Under the pieces are notes generated by a model that ran no database searches, was not told where the DNA came from, and saw only the letters and a list, made by a program, of their open reading frames with translations. Both the position numbers and the translations under genes were made by a program. A DNA stretch of 63,533 bases, counting the filler, from Octopus bimaculoides (taxonomy: Eukaryota), in NCBI RefSeq assembly GCF_001194135.2. It is 6 parts of 6 records of this genome, joined end to end, with 100 filler letters (N's around TTAATTAATTAA, not from the genome) between each part and the next. Parts side by side here need not be neighbours in the genome. Positions count along the whole stretch, not along the records: positions 1 to 11,020 come from NC_068986.1; positions 11,121 to 24,408 come from NC_068982.1; 4 more parts are not named here. One strand, 5' to 3'. The first letter of the stretch is position 1, and each line of letters opens with the position of its first letter. Shown piece by piece: positions 1 to 13,203 of the stretch.

Positions 1-380
1 TTTACATTCATACATACATACACACATACGCACACATACACACACACATACATACATACATGCATACATACACACATACATAGATACATAAATACATACA
101 CACATGCATACACACATACATACACACATACACACATACATACATACATACATACATACATACATACATACACACATACATAGATACATACATACATATA
201 TACACACACAGCACACACACACGCATACATACATACATACAAACATACATACATGCATGCATACACATATACATACATACACACATACATACATACATAA
301 ACACACATACATACATACATACATACATACACGCATACATACATACATACATACGTACGTACATATATACATACATGTTC
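1..380. repeat. Compound (CATA)n/(CA)n microsatellite, representative of dozens in the window
   Basis: Direct inspection; similar di- and tetranucleotide tracts flank almost every N gap. Confidence 0.95.
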
Positions 381-1758
381 TAATGTATGCCTGCATATAT
401 GAGCGTATATATTTTGATATGGCAGTATAAATTTATAATGTGAATACTTATATACATATCAAAGCAGATGTGAACATGTTGGTATGTTTATGCCTGTATA
501 TGTGTGTGAGTCTGTCAGCTTGTTTTCCCAAATGCACATCATATCCAAGGGTTCTGGTTTCAATATTCGTTCGCGGCATATAGACATGGTTTTGGGTTTA
601 CTTTATTGTGGTGTACGGTGAAGTACAAACTTGTCAGTTGAATTTATTAAATGAAAACTGTACATGGTTGAATGCATTTAAGTACGTGTGCATGTATGTA
701 TAGTTGCATGTATATATGTATATACATATATATATATATATATATATANNNNNNNNNNNNNNNNNNNNNNNNNNNNNNNNNNNNNNNNNNNNNNNNNNNN
801 NNNNNNNNNNNNNNNNNNNNNNNNNNNNNNNNNNNNNNNNNNNNNNNNNNNNNNNNNNNNNNNNNNNNNNNNNNNNNNNNNNNNNNNNNNNNNNNNNNNN
901 NNNNNNNNNNNNNNNNNNNNNNNNNNNNNNNNNNNNNNNNNNNNNNNNNNNNNNNNNNNNNNNNNNNNNNNNNNNNNNNNNNNNNNNNNNNNNNNNNNNN
1001 NNNNNNNNNNNNNNNNNNNNNNNNNNNNNNNNNNNNNNNNNNNNNNNNNNNNNNNNNNNNNNNNNNNNNNNNNNNNNNNNNNNNNNNNNNNNNNNNNNNN
1101 NNNNNNNNNNNNNNNNNNNNNNNNNNNNNNNNNNNNNNNNNNNNNNNNNNNNNATATGAATAATAACAATAAATGGAGCAAAACGCATATAAATAAAGGA
1201 ACCTTTATTTATATACGTTTTGCTCCATTTATTGATATTATTCAGATCTTCTCAAAATGCATCACTTCAACTTGGTATCCCTACCTATGCAACGGGTGTG
1301 ATATCTTGGTTTTTTGTGTAATTTTTGCTACCTATGGTAACTATTAACATATTTACATTGTCAAAGATTTTTTTAAAACTGAGATAATATTAATATATAC
1401 ATAAACTAATATATATATATATATATGCACATACATACAGCTACATGCACGTATAAATATTGATAGGTAGTTACAAGACCGATATACGTACTGGAGCCGA
1501 TTCGCTCGATTAAGTTCTTCAATTGGGTGCCCCAGCATGGCCGTTGTATAACGACCGAAATAAGATAAAAGATACACACACGCGTGGGCGCGTATATAAA
1601 TATATATATATATATATATATCTTTTTGTATGAGTGTGTATGTATATATATATTTGTATTTGTGTATGTCAGTGTCTATATCGTTGCTAGTATATTAAAC
1701 TATCGTATGTCCAAATTTGGCCAAATGCATTTTTAGACAGACAGACAGACAGACAGAC

Positions 1759-1804
<46 letters not shown>

Positions 1805-3357
1805 ATAGATGGATTTCTTACACATACACACACATGTATGTGTATAGCTTTGAATATCTATTTCTCTATCTGTCTATTTATCTATCTCTTTCTATCTATA
1901 TATTTAGCTAGCTAGATATATAGATAGAAAGAGAAAGATCTGTCTATCTAGACAAATTGACAAATAGATGCATGTATGTATGTATGTATGTATGTATGTA
2001 TGTATGTATGTATGTATGTATAAATGTATGTATACATCTATGTATATATGTATGTTTGTATGTATGTATGTATATATATNNNNNNNNNNNNNNNNNNNNN
2101 NNNNNNNNNNNNNNNNNNNNNNNNNNNNNNNNNNNNNNNNNNNNNNNNNNNNNNNNNNNNNNNNNNNNNNNNNNNNNNNNNNNNNNNNNNNNNNNNNNNN
2201 NNNNNNNNNNNNNNNNNNNNNNNNNNNNNNNNNNNNNNNNNNNNNNNNNNNNNNNNNNNNNNNNNNNNNNNNNNNNNNNNNNNNNNNNNNNNNNNNNNNN
2301 NNNNNNNNNNNNNNNNNNNNNNNNNNNNNNNNNNNNNNNNNNNNNNNNNNNNNNNNNNNNNNNNNNNNNNNNNNNNNNNNNNNNNNNNNNNNNNNNNNNN
2401 NNNNNNNNNNNNNNNNNNNNNNNNNNNNNNNNNNNNNNNNNNNNNNNNNNNNNNNNNNNNNNNNNNNNNNNNNNNNNNNNNNNNNNNNNNNNNNNNNNNN
2501 NNNNNNNNNNNNNNNNNNNNNNNNNNNNNNNNNNNNNNNNNNNNNNNNNNNNNNNNNNNNNNNNNNNNNNNNNNNNNNNNNNNNNNNNNNNNNNNNNNNN
2601 NNNNNNNNNNNNNNNNNNNNNNNNNNNNNNNNNNNNNNNNNNNNNNNNNNNNNNNNNNNNNNNNNNNNNNNNNNNNNNNNNNNNNNNNNNNNNNNNNNNN
2701 NNNNNNNNNNNNNNNNNNNNNNNNNNNNNNNNNNNNNNNNNNNNNNNNNNNNNNNNNNNNNNNNNNNNNNNNNNNNNNNNNNNNNNNNNNNNNNNNNNNN
2801 NNNNNNNNNNNNNNNNNNNNNNNNNNNNNNNNNATATATATATATACATATATATATATACATATATATATATACATATATATATATACATATATATATA
2901 TACATATATAAAATTATATTCGGGGTATACATCAGTATATCTTGAGTTATGTCCCTTGCAAGCAATTGTCTTCGATTAATTAATAAGTCAATTGGTGTTG
3001 TCTTCGGCGATCAGATATCTGGTTGTTTACTAAGCTGAACTTGCAGGGTGTGGGCACGTCAAAGGTGTACTGATATGTGTATTTCCTACGTAAACCTCAG
3101 GTATAATAACAGCACATAAGAACTGTGTGTGACTATGTTAAGGGTCCGGTGAGGGTAAAATAAATTTATCCGATCGGGATGCATATAGTTTTAGTGTTCG
3201 CGATTTCTATTAGCAGTGTGTATATGTATGTGTGCTTTTGTGCGTGTATGTGCATGTGTGTGTGTGCGTGCGCACGGATATATGTGTATAGGTGTGAATG
3301 CATTTATATTGCGGGTGTATGTATGTAAGTGTGTGTGTATGTATGTATATATGTATG

Positions 3358-3398
<41 letters not shown>

Positions 3399-4091
3399 NN
3401 NNNNNNNNNNNNNNNNNNNNNNNNNNNNNNNNNNNNNNNNNNNNNNNNNNNNNNNNNNNNNNNNNNNNNNNNNNNNNNNNNNNNNNNNNNNNNNNNNNNN
3501 NNNNNNNNNNNNNNNNNNNNNNNNNNNNNNNNNNNNNNNNNNNNNNNNNNNNNNNNNNNNNNNNNNNNNNNNNNNNNNNNNNNNNNNNNNNNNNNNNNNN
3601 NNNNNNNNNNNNNNNNNNNNNNNNNNNNNNNNNNNNNNNNNNNNNNNNNNNNNNNNNNNNNNNNNNNNNNNNNNNNNNNNNNNNNNNNNNNNNNNNNNNN
3701 NNNNNNNNNNNNNNNNNNNNNNNNNNNNNNNNNNNNNNNNNNNNNNNNNNNNNNNNNNNNNNNNNNNNNNNNNNNNNNNNNNNNNNNNNNNNNNNNNNNN
3801 NNNNNNNNNNNNNNNNNNNNNNNNNNNNNNNNNNNNNNNNNNNNNNNNNNNNNNNNNNNNNNNNNNNNNNNNNNNNNNNNNNNNNNNNNNNNNNNNNNNN
3901 NNNNNNNNNNNNNNNNNNNNNNNNNNNNNNNNNNNNNNNNNNNNNNNNNNNNNNNNNNNNNNNNNNNNNNNNNNNNNNNNNNNNNNNNNNNNNNNNNNNN
4001 NNNNNNNNNNNNNNNNNNNNNNNNNNNNNNNNNNNNNNNNNNNNNNNNNNNNNNNNNNNNNNNNNNNNNNNNNNNNNNNNNNNNNNNNNNN

Positions 4092-4125
<34 letters not shown>

Positions 4126-4166
4126 TCAGTGCTTAATGGAATCTATGTACATATATATATACATAT

Positions 4167-4221
<55 letters not shown>

Positions 4222-4383
4222 GAATAGAATATATATATATATATATACATGCATACAGACATGCATAAAGCTTACATATATACATATACGCGCCTACACT
4301 AACATACACTCAGATTTATGTGTGTGTGAGCGTGTGTGTGTGTGTGTTTGTACGTGCGTGCGTGTGTGTGTGTGTGTGTAAAG

Positions 4384-4540
4384 CAAGCTGGCAGAATCGT
4401 TACCGCACCGGCCAAAATGGTTAACGGCCTTTCTTTCGTCGTTACGCTCTGAGTTCAATTTCCTCCGAGGTCAACTTTGTCTTCAATCCTTTTGGATAAA
4501 ATAAGTCCCAGTTAAAAACTGGGCTTGATGTAATCAACTT
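4384..4540 (+). mobile_element. tRNA-derived SINE family A (central gcctttcatcctttcggggtcgataaa domain, Nin/Deu-like)
   Basis: gctggcagaatcgtt...ctgagttcaa..tccgccgaggtcgactttgcc. About 17 copies in the window, others at about 13338, 14655, 26868, 38180, 38775, 53835, 54060 and 62300. Confidence 0.8.
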
Positions 4541-4544
4541 GTAT

Positions 4545-4790
4545 AGGGTCGTGTGGCAGAGTTTCTCAAGCACGCCTTCCATTGTGTCTTCTTAGAAGCA
4601 ATTATCTCCAATTGATCCTGCTAGATCCCCAAGCGAGACCAACCGAGCTCATAGATGCTATTCAACTGCCTTGATCACGGTCTACCCTTGGGGTCACCTG
4701 CCTATTGGTTTTGCCCGATGCTTTCCTGGGACATTCTTATCATATGTCTGTAGTAACGGTGCTGTGATCTCTCAGTTCGAAGTAGTGGCT
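4545..4790 (-). mobile_element. RTE-clade LINE 3' fragment
   Basis: HMIRM...KGRP...ELGWSRLGI.QDQLEIIA....WKACL....TRP, with stops. Confidence 0.7.
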
Positions 4791-5009
4791 CTACTTGGAG
4801 CCCCTCTGTAATCTTCGAGCTCTGATCTCCGTTTTACATTCAGGTCTTTTTTAATGCATATTAGTGAAGCCGTTTTTGGTTATGAGAGGTTGTCAGAAAA
4901 AGGATACTTACAGAGAAGCTTACTGTCGACTCTTATGATGTCGTTCTATTCATTTTTTACTACTAGATTTATATATTTATTTTTGCAGCTGATTTTTTTA
5001 GCAGGTGCT

Positions 5010-5275
5010 CTCTAAAAGAGACTATACGACATTCGGAGATTGCCTGCATTGACCTCAAACATCTACCTTATTCATCTCTTAATAGACAGAGCCCACCGAT
5101 ACCGCTATTTCTGTGTTTAAGCCTCCATTTGAAGTCAAGATCTTGCCGGCTTTAACGTCTAAGTAGTGGATTTCTTCTACAGACCAGTCAAGTATCCCAA
5201 CTGATGGTATCAGCGATGTTATTTCGAGCTATTGCTTTGTTGTACGAGAACTCCGAATGCCATTATTTTCTAAGT
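5010..5275 (-). mobile_element. R4/Dong-like non-LTR retrotransposon fragment (post-RT region)
   Basis: IPSVGILDWSVEEIHYLDVKAGKILTSNGGLN. Confidence 0.6.
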
Positions 5276-5289
5276 ATGTATATATGTCA

Positions 5290-5550
5290 TTATTCAGTTT
5301 TATTTCAAAAATTCTGGCCAATAAAGAGCCGGTTTCTAACCTAGATCCAAAGCTCCTTCATAAAAATTTCAACTTCAACAACAGGTAATACAGTTCTATA
5401 TTTAAGAGATGAGGAATTATGTACATTATTTACATTATTTACATTTGACGGATATTTGACACCTGATGAAGGCTGGAGGGTATATCAGCCGAAACGTTGC
5501 GTTAACAACAAACAAGATGAGGACAAATATACGTCAAATGTAAATAATAT
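5290..5550. mobile_element. Penelope-like terminal-repeat remnant with an inverted segment
   Basis: tttacatttgacggatatttg (about 5438-5458) is inverted as caaatatacgtcaaatgtaaat (about 5524-5545), bracketing the hammerhead. Related 5' parts occur at about 35860, 36625 and 36815. Confidence 0.55.
5458..5503 (+). ncRNA. Minimal type I hammerhead ribozyme motif (Penelope-associated type)
   Basis: GACAC-CUGAUGA-A-GGCUG(10-nt loop)CAGCC-GAA-ACGU-U^GCGUU; intact core, 5-bp stem II, palindromic ACGU stem III, stem I with one mismatch. Confidence 0.7.
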
Positions 5551-5871
5551 AAATCAACAGCAGGGTATTTTTGTATGTATGTATGTATGTATGTATGTAC
5601 GTATGTATGCAGATTTGTATGTTTTGTTTACGTAATTATACTTATGTATATAGTTGCATGTCTAGACATGCTCATATATATTTAAATGATAAACTTGTGG
5701 AAAGTTTTAAAATTTTTTACAGTTCCAGTGATGGATTGAATCTGTAGTCTTCGAACCAGCTTTTGTCTTTCTGATTTTGAGAAGCCTAATTTCTCAAGAT
5801 TGGTATTTAGGCAGTATGTTACATATCCCAGGGCCCCAATAATTTACAGGTATAAACCTGAACTTGTAAAT

Positions 5872-5920
<49 letters not shown>

Positions 5921-6339
5921 CGTGCGAAATATATTCACAAATTATCATTTCAAGTGTAAAGAAATCTTATTTTGTATTCTATATTGCGTTTACAGGTTTT
6001 GAAGTCAAAACTTAAGGTCTACCTCTTTAAAACCTATGTCCCATGAAATCTTTCTTTCTCTCTTGCTTTTCTTTTTCTTTCTTTATGTATTTATTTATTT
6101 GTTTATCTATTTGTTTACTCCTACACTTTAGCACTACATCATGACCGTGACCTCTAGAAGATACAACAGGTTTCCATACAAATAATATANNNNNNNNNNN
6201 NNNNNNNNNNNNNNNNNNNNNNNNNNNNNNNNNNNNNNNNNNNNNNNNNNNNNNNNNNNNNNNNNNNNNNNNNNNNNNNNNNNNNNNNNNNNNNNNNNNN
6301 NNNNNNNNNNNNNNNNNNNNNNNNNNNNNNNNNNNNNNC

Positions 6340-6389
6340 CATTCAGTCATTACTCCATCACCACCATCACCACCACCACCACCACCACC

Positions 6390-6435
<46 letters not shown>

Positions 6436-6850
6436 GTAACAATAGATACAACATTTACTGCTACCACACACAACGAAAGCCACCACCACCACCACCACTA
6501 CCACTACCATTACCATCATTGATCATCCCTGATCCTCCATCATCGCCACCAACGCAGTCACCATCGCAACCGTCAATTCCCCTCCATTACTTCTGCCATT
6601 CGAACCCCCCACCACCACCACCACCTCGTTACATTAACTACACTGCTAAGTAGAGAGGTAAGAGTGACTGGTTGAAGATGATTACAACTACTACTACTAC
6701 TACTATTACAGCGACTACTACTACTACTACGACTGCTACTACTACTATAATTAACGTTGCCATCACCATCACCATCATCATCATCATCATCCTCATCACA
6801 ACCACCACTGTCGTCATCATCCGCCACCTCACCCACCCACCCACCGATCC
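6340..6850. repeat. Trinucleotide low-complexity tract (CAC/CAA/CTA/CAT)n
   Basis: Direct inspection; similar tracts at about 10370-10540, 54890-55290, 57600-57740 and 57915-58035. Confidence 0.95.
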
Positions 6851-7715
6851 ACTTTTGCTTCCTTCCTTTCTCTCTTCATCTTTTTCGACTTCCTTGATCT
6901 CCTTCATAAATATACACGACATACGAACAACAGCCATATACAGAGTACACACAGAGACTTACACACGCACACATACACACGCACACACGCACACACACAT
7001 ATGCATATATATTTATATGTGTGTGTGTGTAAATGTGTATGTGCGTGTGTGTATGTATACATACATATATACATATATATACACACATACATACATACAT
7101 ACATATACATATATATATATATGTATATATATACATATATACACACATATACATACATATACATATATATATCTTAGACCGGATGTGTAGTACTACAGAC
7201 ACGCTCACATGCCCAAAACTCAAACTCTTTAATACACAGACACTGACATAAATATACACATATAATTGACCCATATGTATATACTGTTATATACGTGTGT
7301 AATACATACATATATACAAACATGCGAATATTCTACATGAGATTACTTGACTTGGCCAATAACAACATAGAAAGATAAATATGCGTCAAGTTCAAGGAGC
7401 GTCGCTGTTTCGACGTTGTTGGGTTTCATCAGTTAGAGCTTCAACTGTTCAAAGGCGTCTTATGTTATCTAACCCGTATACACTTATGCATTTACGTGCA
7501 CGCACACACACAAATGTATATTTGCACACATACACATACACACAGTCACACACACTCTCTCTCTATCTCTCTCTCTCTCACACACACACACACGCTAATT
7601 CTGGCTTAACAGGACAAATAGCCAGCTTTTGGAATTCAATGTGCCTATAATGCACGTTAGTTCGAACTTCCGGCTACTGAGTAGCGTGAATTTCCCGAAA
7701 TCTTCATGCGTACAT

Positions 7716-7782
<67 letters not shown>

Positions 7783-8729
7783 NNNNNNNNNNNNNNNNNN
7801 NNNNNNNNNNNNNNNNNNNNNNNNNNNNNNNNNNNNNNNNNNNNNNNNNNNNNNNNNNNNNNNNNNNNNNNNNNNNNNNNNNNNNNNNNNNNNNNNNNNN
7901 NNNNNNNNNNNNNNNNNNNNNNNNNNNNNNNNNNNNNNNNNNNNNNNNNNNNNNNNNNNNNNNNNNNNNNNNNNNNNNNNNNNNNNNNNNNNNNNNNNNN
8001 NNNNNNNNNNNNNNNNNNNNNNNNNNNNNNNNNNNNNNNNNNNNNNNNNNNNNNNNNNNNNNNNNNNNNNNNNNNNNNNNNNNNNNNNNNNNNNNNNNNN
8101 NNNNNNNNNNNNNNNNNNNNNNNNNNNNNNNNNNNNNNNNNNNNNNNNNNNNNNNNNNNNNNNNNNNNNNNNNNNNNNNNNNNNNNNNNNNNNNNNNNNN
8201 NNNNNNNNNNNNNNNNNNNNNNNNNNNNNNNNNNNNNNNNNNNNNNNNNNNNNNNNNNNNNNNNNNNNNNNNNNNNNNNNNNNNNNNNNNNNNNNNNNNN
8301 NNNNNNNNNNNNNNNNNNNNNNNNNNNNNNNNNNNNNNNNNNNNNNNNNNNNNNNNNNNNNNNNNNNNNNNNNNNNNNNNNNNNNNNNNNNNNNNNNNNN
8401 NNNNNNNNNNNNNNNNNNNNNNNNNNNNNNNNNNNNNNNNNNNNNNNNNNNNNNNNNNNNNNNNNNNNNNNNNNNNNNNNNNNNNNNNNNNNNNNNNNNN
8501 NNNNNNNNNNNNNNNNNNNNNNNNNNNNNNNNNNNNNNNNNNNNNNNNNNNNNNNNNNNNNNNNNNNNNNNNNNNNNNNNNNNNNNNNNNNNNNNNNNNN
8601 NNNNNNNNNNNNNNNNNNNNNNNNNNNNNNNNNNNNNNNNNNNNNNNNNNNNNNNNNNNNNNNNNNNNNNNNNNNNNNNNNNNNNNNNNNNNNNNNNNNN
8701 NNNNNNNNNNNNNNNNNNNNNNNNATATG

Positions 8730-8775
<46 letters not shown>

Positions 8776-9739
8776 TGTATGTGTGTGTGTGTGTGTTTGT
8801 GTGTCTGTGTTTGTCCCCCTACCATCGCTTGACAACCGATGCTGTTGTGTTTACGTTCCCATAAATTAGCGGTTCGGCAAAAAGGACGCGATAGAATAAG
8901 TACTAGGCTTACAAAGAATAAGTCCTGGGGTCGATTTGTTCGACTAAAGGCGGTGCTCCAGCATGGCCGCAGTCAAATGACTGAAACAAGTAAAAGAAAG
9001 AAAAGAATACCAGTCCTAATTAGTGAATTAAAACTACTGTGTATNNNNNNNNNNNNNNNNNNNNNNNNNNNNNNNNNNNNNNNNNNNNNNNNNNNNNNNN
9101 NNNNNNNNNNNNNNNNNNNNNNNNNNNNNNNNNNNNNNNNNNNNNNNNNNNNNNNNNNNNNNNNNNNNNNNNNNNNNNNNNNNNNNNNNNNNNNNNNNNN
9201 NNNNNNNNNNNNNNNNNNNNNNNNNNNNNNNNNNNNNNNNNNNNNNNNNNNNNNNNNNNNNNNNNNNNNNNNNNNNNNNNNNNNNNNNNNNNNNNNNNNN
9301 NNNNNNNNNNNNNNNNNNNNNNNNNNNNNNNNNNNNNNNNNNNNNNNNNNNNNNNNNNNNNNNNNNNNNNNNNNNNNNNNNNNNNNNNNNNNNNNNNNNN
9401 NNNNNNNNNNNNNNNNNNNNNNNNNNNNNNNNNNNNNNNNNNNNNNNNNNNNNNNNNNNNNNNNNNNNNNNNNNNNNNNNNNNNNNNNNNNNNNNNNNNN
9501 NNNNNNNNNNNNNNNNNNNNNNNNNNNNNNNNNNNNNNNNNNNNNNNNNNNNNNNNNNNNNNNNNNNNNNNNNNNNNNNNNNNNNNNNNNNNNNNNNNNN
9601 NNNNNNNNNNNNNNNNNNNNNNNNNNNNNNNNNNNNNNNNNNNNNNNNNNNNNNNNNNNNNNNNNNNNNNNNNNNNNNNNNNNNNNNNNNNNNNNNNNNN
9701 NNNNNNNNNNNNNNNNNNNNNNNNNNNNNNNNNNNNNNN

Positions 9740-9766
<27 letters not shown>

Positions 9767-9773
<7 letters not shown>

Positions 9774-9858
9774 AAGGAGACCACTAGGTGGACTGTTAAT
9801 GTGCTATGTGATCTTCTTCTAGCACATTAACAATCCACCTAGTGGTCTCCTTTATATA
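9767..9858. repeat. Near-perfect inverted repeat (about 38-bp arms, 13-nt loop)
   Basis: ataaaggagaccactaggtggactgttaatgtgcta / tagcacattaacaatccacctagtggtctcctttat; one mismatch. Confidence 0.9.
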
Positions 9859-10269
9859 TACATATACAATAATCCTTTCAGATATTTTTTCTGAATCTCC
9901 TTGATTCTTTCAATGTGCTTGTTCCCTGGTATTAAATTGATATTAATTAATAGCCAATTTTTTTACCCTACTGTTTTAATTTATGTGTGTGTGTGTGTGT
10001 ATTCATATATAGATATATATATTCATATATATATGCATGTGTGTGTATGTATACGTATACATCATCAGGCGTACTCATCCGCTCAAATATAAACAGACAG
10101 CTTATTCTTATTTCGGTTTGTTCGTAGAGATATGCGTGGGTGTAATATTGGGTGGGACTAGACGGGGGCAGACACTCCTCACCTTTATTTTTTGTGGGGG
10201 GTGGGTTCTTTGTTTTCTTCCCTTCCCGTCACTTCAATGCTGAGTACCTTAATGTCAGTTCTTTAGATG

Positions 10270-10287
10270 GAGCGCCCCCTAGCGCCC
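10270..10287 (-). promoter_or_regulatory. CTCF-like motif
   Basis: GGGCGCTAGGGGGCGCTC matches the CTCF core CNCYAGGGGGCGC, in an otherwise AT-rich region. Confidence 0.35.
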
Positions 10288-10461
10288 GACCGACCCAGTC
10301 TCTTCATTTTCCCACGATGAAATTACGTGACCTTTCCCCGTCTTAGCGACTTCATTCAGATAAATTCGACAGTGTCATCATCGTCATCATTTTCCCTATC
10401 ATCATCATCATCATCATCATCTTCATCAACGTCGTCGTCATCATTATCAACATCGTTGTCA

Positions 10462-10535
<74 letters not shown>

Positions 10536-11020
10536 TTCAGACTGTTACCACTACAAATATGAGCGCTACAACTTCATTTAATACAACGACTAAAACCACA
10601 TGTACGAACGCCATCACACCGATACTACTGACATTGTTTGCATACACACACGCGCACACATGCACACACGAACACATACACACGCGCACACACTCACATA
10701 CACGGACAGACATACATACACACGCACGCACGGACACATGCACGCACACAAATACTGCATATATACACACAAACATGCATAAGGTATACACACATACATA
10801 CTTACACACATATATGCATACGTTCATATGTATGTTCATACATACACACATACACAATGCATACACACATACATACGTGCATACGTACATACAGACGCAC
10901 ATACATATACTCATACATACATACATTCATACGTACATAAACACATTGGCTTGAAGTCTCTTAAGCAGAACTTAACCCTAATATATATATATATATATAT
11001 ATACATACTGCTTACCCATA

Positions 11021-11120
11021 NNNNNNNNNNNNNNNNNNNNNNNNNNNNNNNNNNNNNNNNNNNNTTAATTAATTAANNNNNNNNNNNNNNNNNNNNNNNN
11101 NNNNNNNNNNNNNNNNNNNN
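11021..11120. other. Artificial scaffold-join spacer (44N-TTAATTAATTAA-44N)
   Basis: The same 100-bp construct occurs at about 24409, 34920, 51236 and 60944; the 12-mer gives stops in all six frames. Confidence 0.9.
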
Positions 11121-11319
11121 TGTTCGTACAACGAACACACAAAAAACTCGCCAAGGAAAGCGAAGATGCCACACCGCTGGACAACAATTTACTAAAAAAT
11201 AGAAGCAATAAATTGCTGCCCAGCTGAGCAACAAAAACGACTTACCCCGGCGAATTCTTCAATTTTTCCTTCTTTAGACAGAGCCGAAACCCATGTCTAT
11301 CTTCGTTCACAGCAAGTAG

Positions 11320-11395
11320 CCAGTCTGACGCACATGCGCAGTGAGCAAACCGGAAGTAAGCGAGCTACTTACCACACAGCCAATCCTACGTCAAT
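11320..11395 (-). promoter_or_regulatory. Candidate TATA-less housekeeping promoter (NRF1-like, ETS, CCAAT, CRE half-site)
   Basis: gcacatgcgca (about 11330-11340), CCGGAAGT 11350-11357, CCAAT 11380-11384, TACGTCA 11387-11393; locally CpG-rich; minus-strand donor GGG|gtaagtc at 11246. Confidence 0.5.
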
Positions 11396-13109
11396 AGATG
11401 TGGACTGTATAAGAGAGACATAAGTGTTAGAGATGAAATCACGAATGTGTAGTTGATATGCTACAATGAGTAATATTTACAGCAGTTTTGACTTTAAGAG
11501 AAAAAAAAATATTTTACAAATGTGTCAACCTTAGAAAACTATATCAGCAAAGCAGAGCATATAACAGACACATTTAAATGAGTAAGACGAGATAAGGTAA
11601 ATTTGCCTAAGTTATCCACAATTACATTTCGTAAAAAGACTCACACATATCAATATCCATCCTTAGACATTAGGAAGATCAGGAATGCAACAAAAATTGA
11701 AGATATTTAGATAGAATCATTGAAAAATTCCACATGATATGAAATTGACGGAATTCTACTAAATCTGGAAACTTATGACAAAATATTCTCAATAGCTTCA
11801 TCATGATCTGCTGGAGTAGCTCACTTCTTCATATATTCACGCAGCATGCAGATAAAAAGAAGTTATTGAAATAAGTCATTGCTCACTCTATTCCATTTTA
11901 GACATGATTTTTTGAAAACTATCAAATTAGACATTAATGCTGCAAAAATGGACTCCAAGTTAAACAGAGCAAAGAATATTGAGTGTGAAACATAAAAAAG
12001 TATCCAGATATAAATATCCTCAATTACAATTGGGTCAAAGTTGAATAAAACTTCTGGAAAAAAAAAATACCATTCACCTGACTATGTTTCAAACTCTCTC
12101 AAATTACAACAACAACTATGCTGACCAATATTTACTTCTCCATAAGACGATGCAACAATACAAAATGAAGATGAAATACTTACCATGTAATCGTTTCAAA
12201 CAAGTAGGGAGAAAATAAGAAATCAGAAGTTACTCATTTTGCCCCTTTACCAATTTGAGGAAACTAAAGTCTCATTCTGTCGAATAGTTACTCACAATAA
12301 GCAGAGCAAAGATCCAAGGTCTAGATCAACACACAGACACAATATACGCTACAAGTAAAACCATTCCCCTAGCCATACACAAAAACAAAACGTTAATCTC
12401 CCACATACTAACGGAAGCATTACATAGGGATCTACTACTTTCAATATATATAAACTTTCACAGAACAAAATACAAAAGAACACAAGACGAATGATCACAC
12501 ATACCATAAAACAGTCACATATATATTCACTGGAAATAGTACATACCCTAATACCTTCGACATTGCAACGAAGTAAAAACACACTGAGTGGAAAATTGCA
12601 AAAAGAAAATTAAATAAAAATGAATATCACATACGTCCCCGTGGAAATAATCGAGAAAATAAAACAAAAATTTCTGTATAACAGTTAAATTACAGAAGAA
12701 AAAAACAACGCATGCGACAAAAACATTCGATTATAAACACGAAAATGAAATAAGAGAAATTAACAAAAGAGTAACAATAAGCCATATAAACAAACTATAC
12801 AGTCTATCTCATGTAATCCATCCAAAACTAAGAAAAAGAGAAGAAAGAATATAACAATTTATATTAAACAAACCCAAAAACCTCAGTCCCAAATTTTCCG
12901 AAATTTATCGTGAGAGAACTAATACGAGAAAGTAGAAGATAAAACTCAAATAACTGAAATATATACAATCTAAAAATAACATATCACATTGCAATAAAAT
13001 CAAATCATGTTTGCAGAATGAGGCCACATAAAACAATTCCGAAAGCGAGAGCTCTTCGTTCATCAGAATAACATAAGAACGCTTTGCAGGGACATTAACT
13101 TTACCGAAC

Positions 13110-13203
<94 letters not shown>

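Noticed and set aside
8-9830. Many long ORFs of MYVC/HTYI type or running through X
   Set aside because: Translations of microsatellites and N gaps; the same applies to similar ORFs throughout the window.
11065-11076. TTAATTAATTAA recurring five times inside gaps
   Set aside because: Each is centred in an exact 44N+12+44N block, so it is an assembly spacer, not biology.
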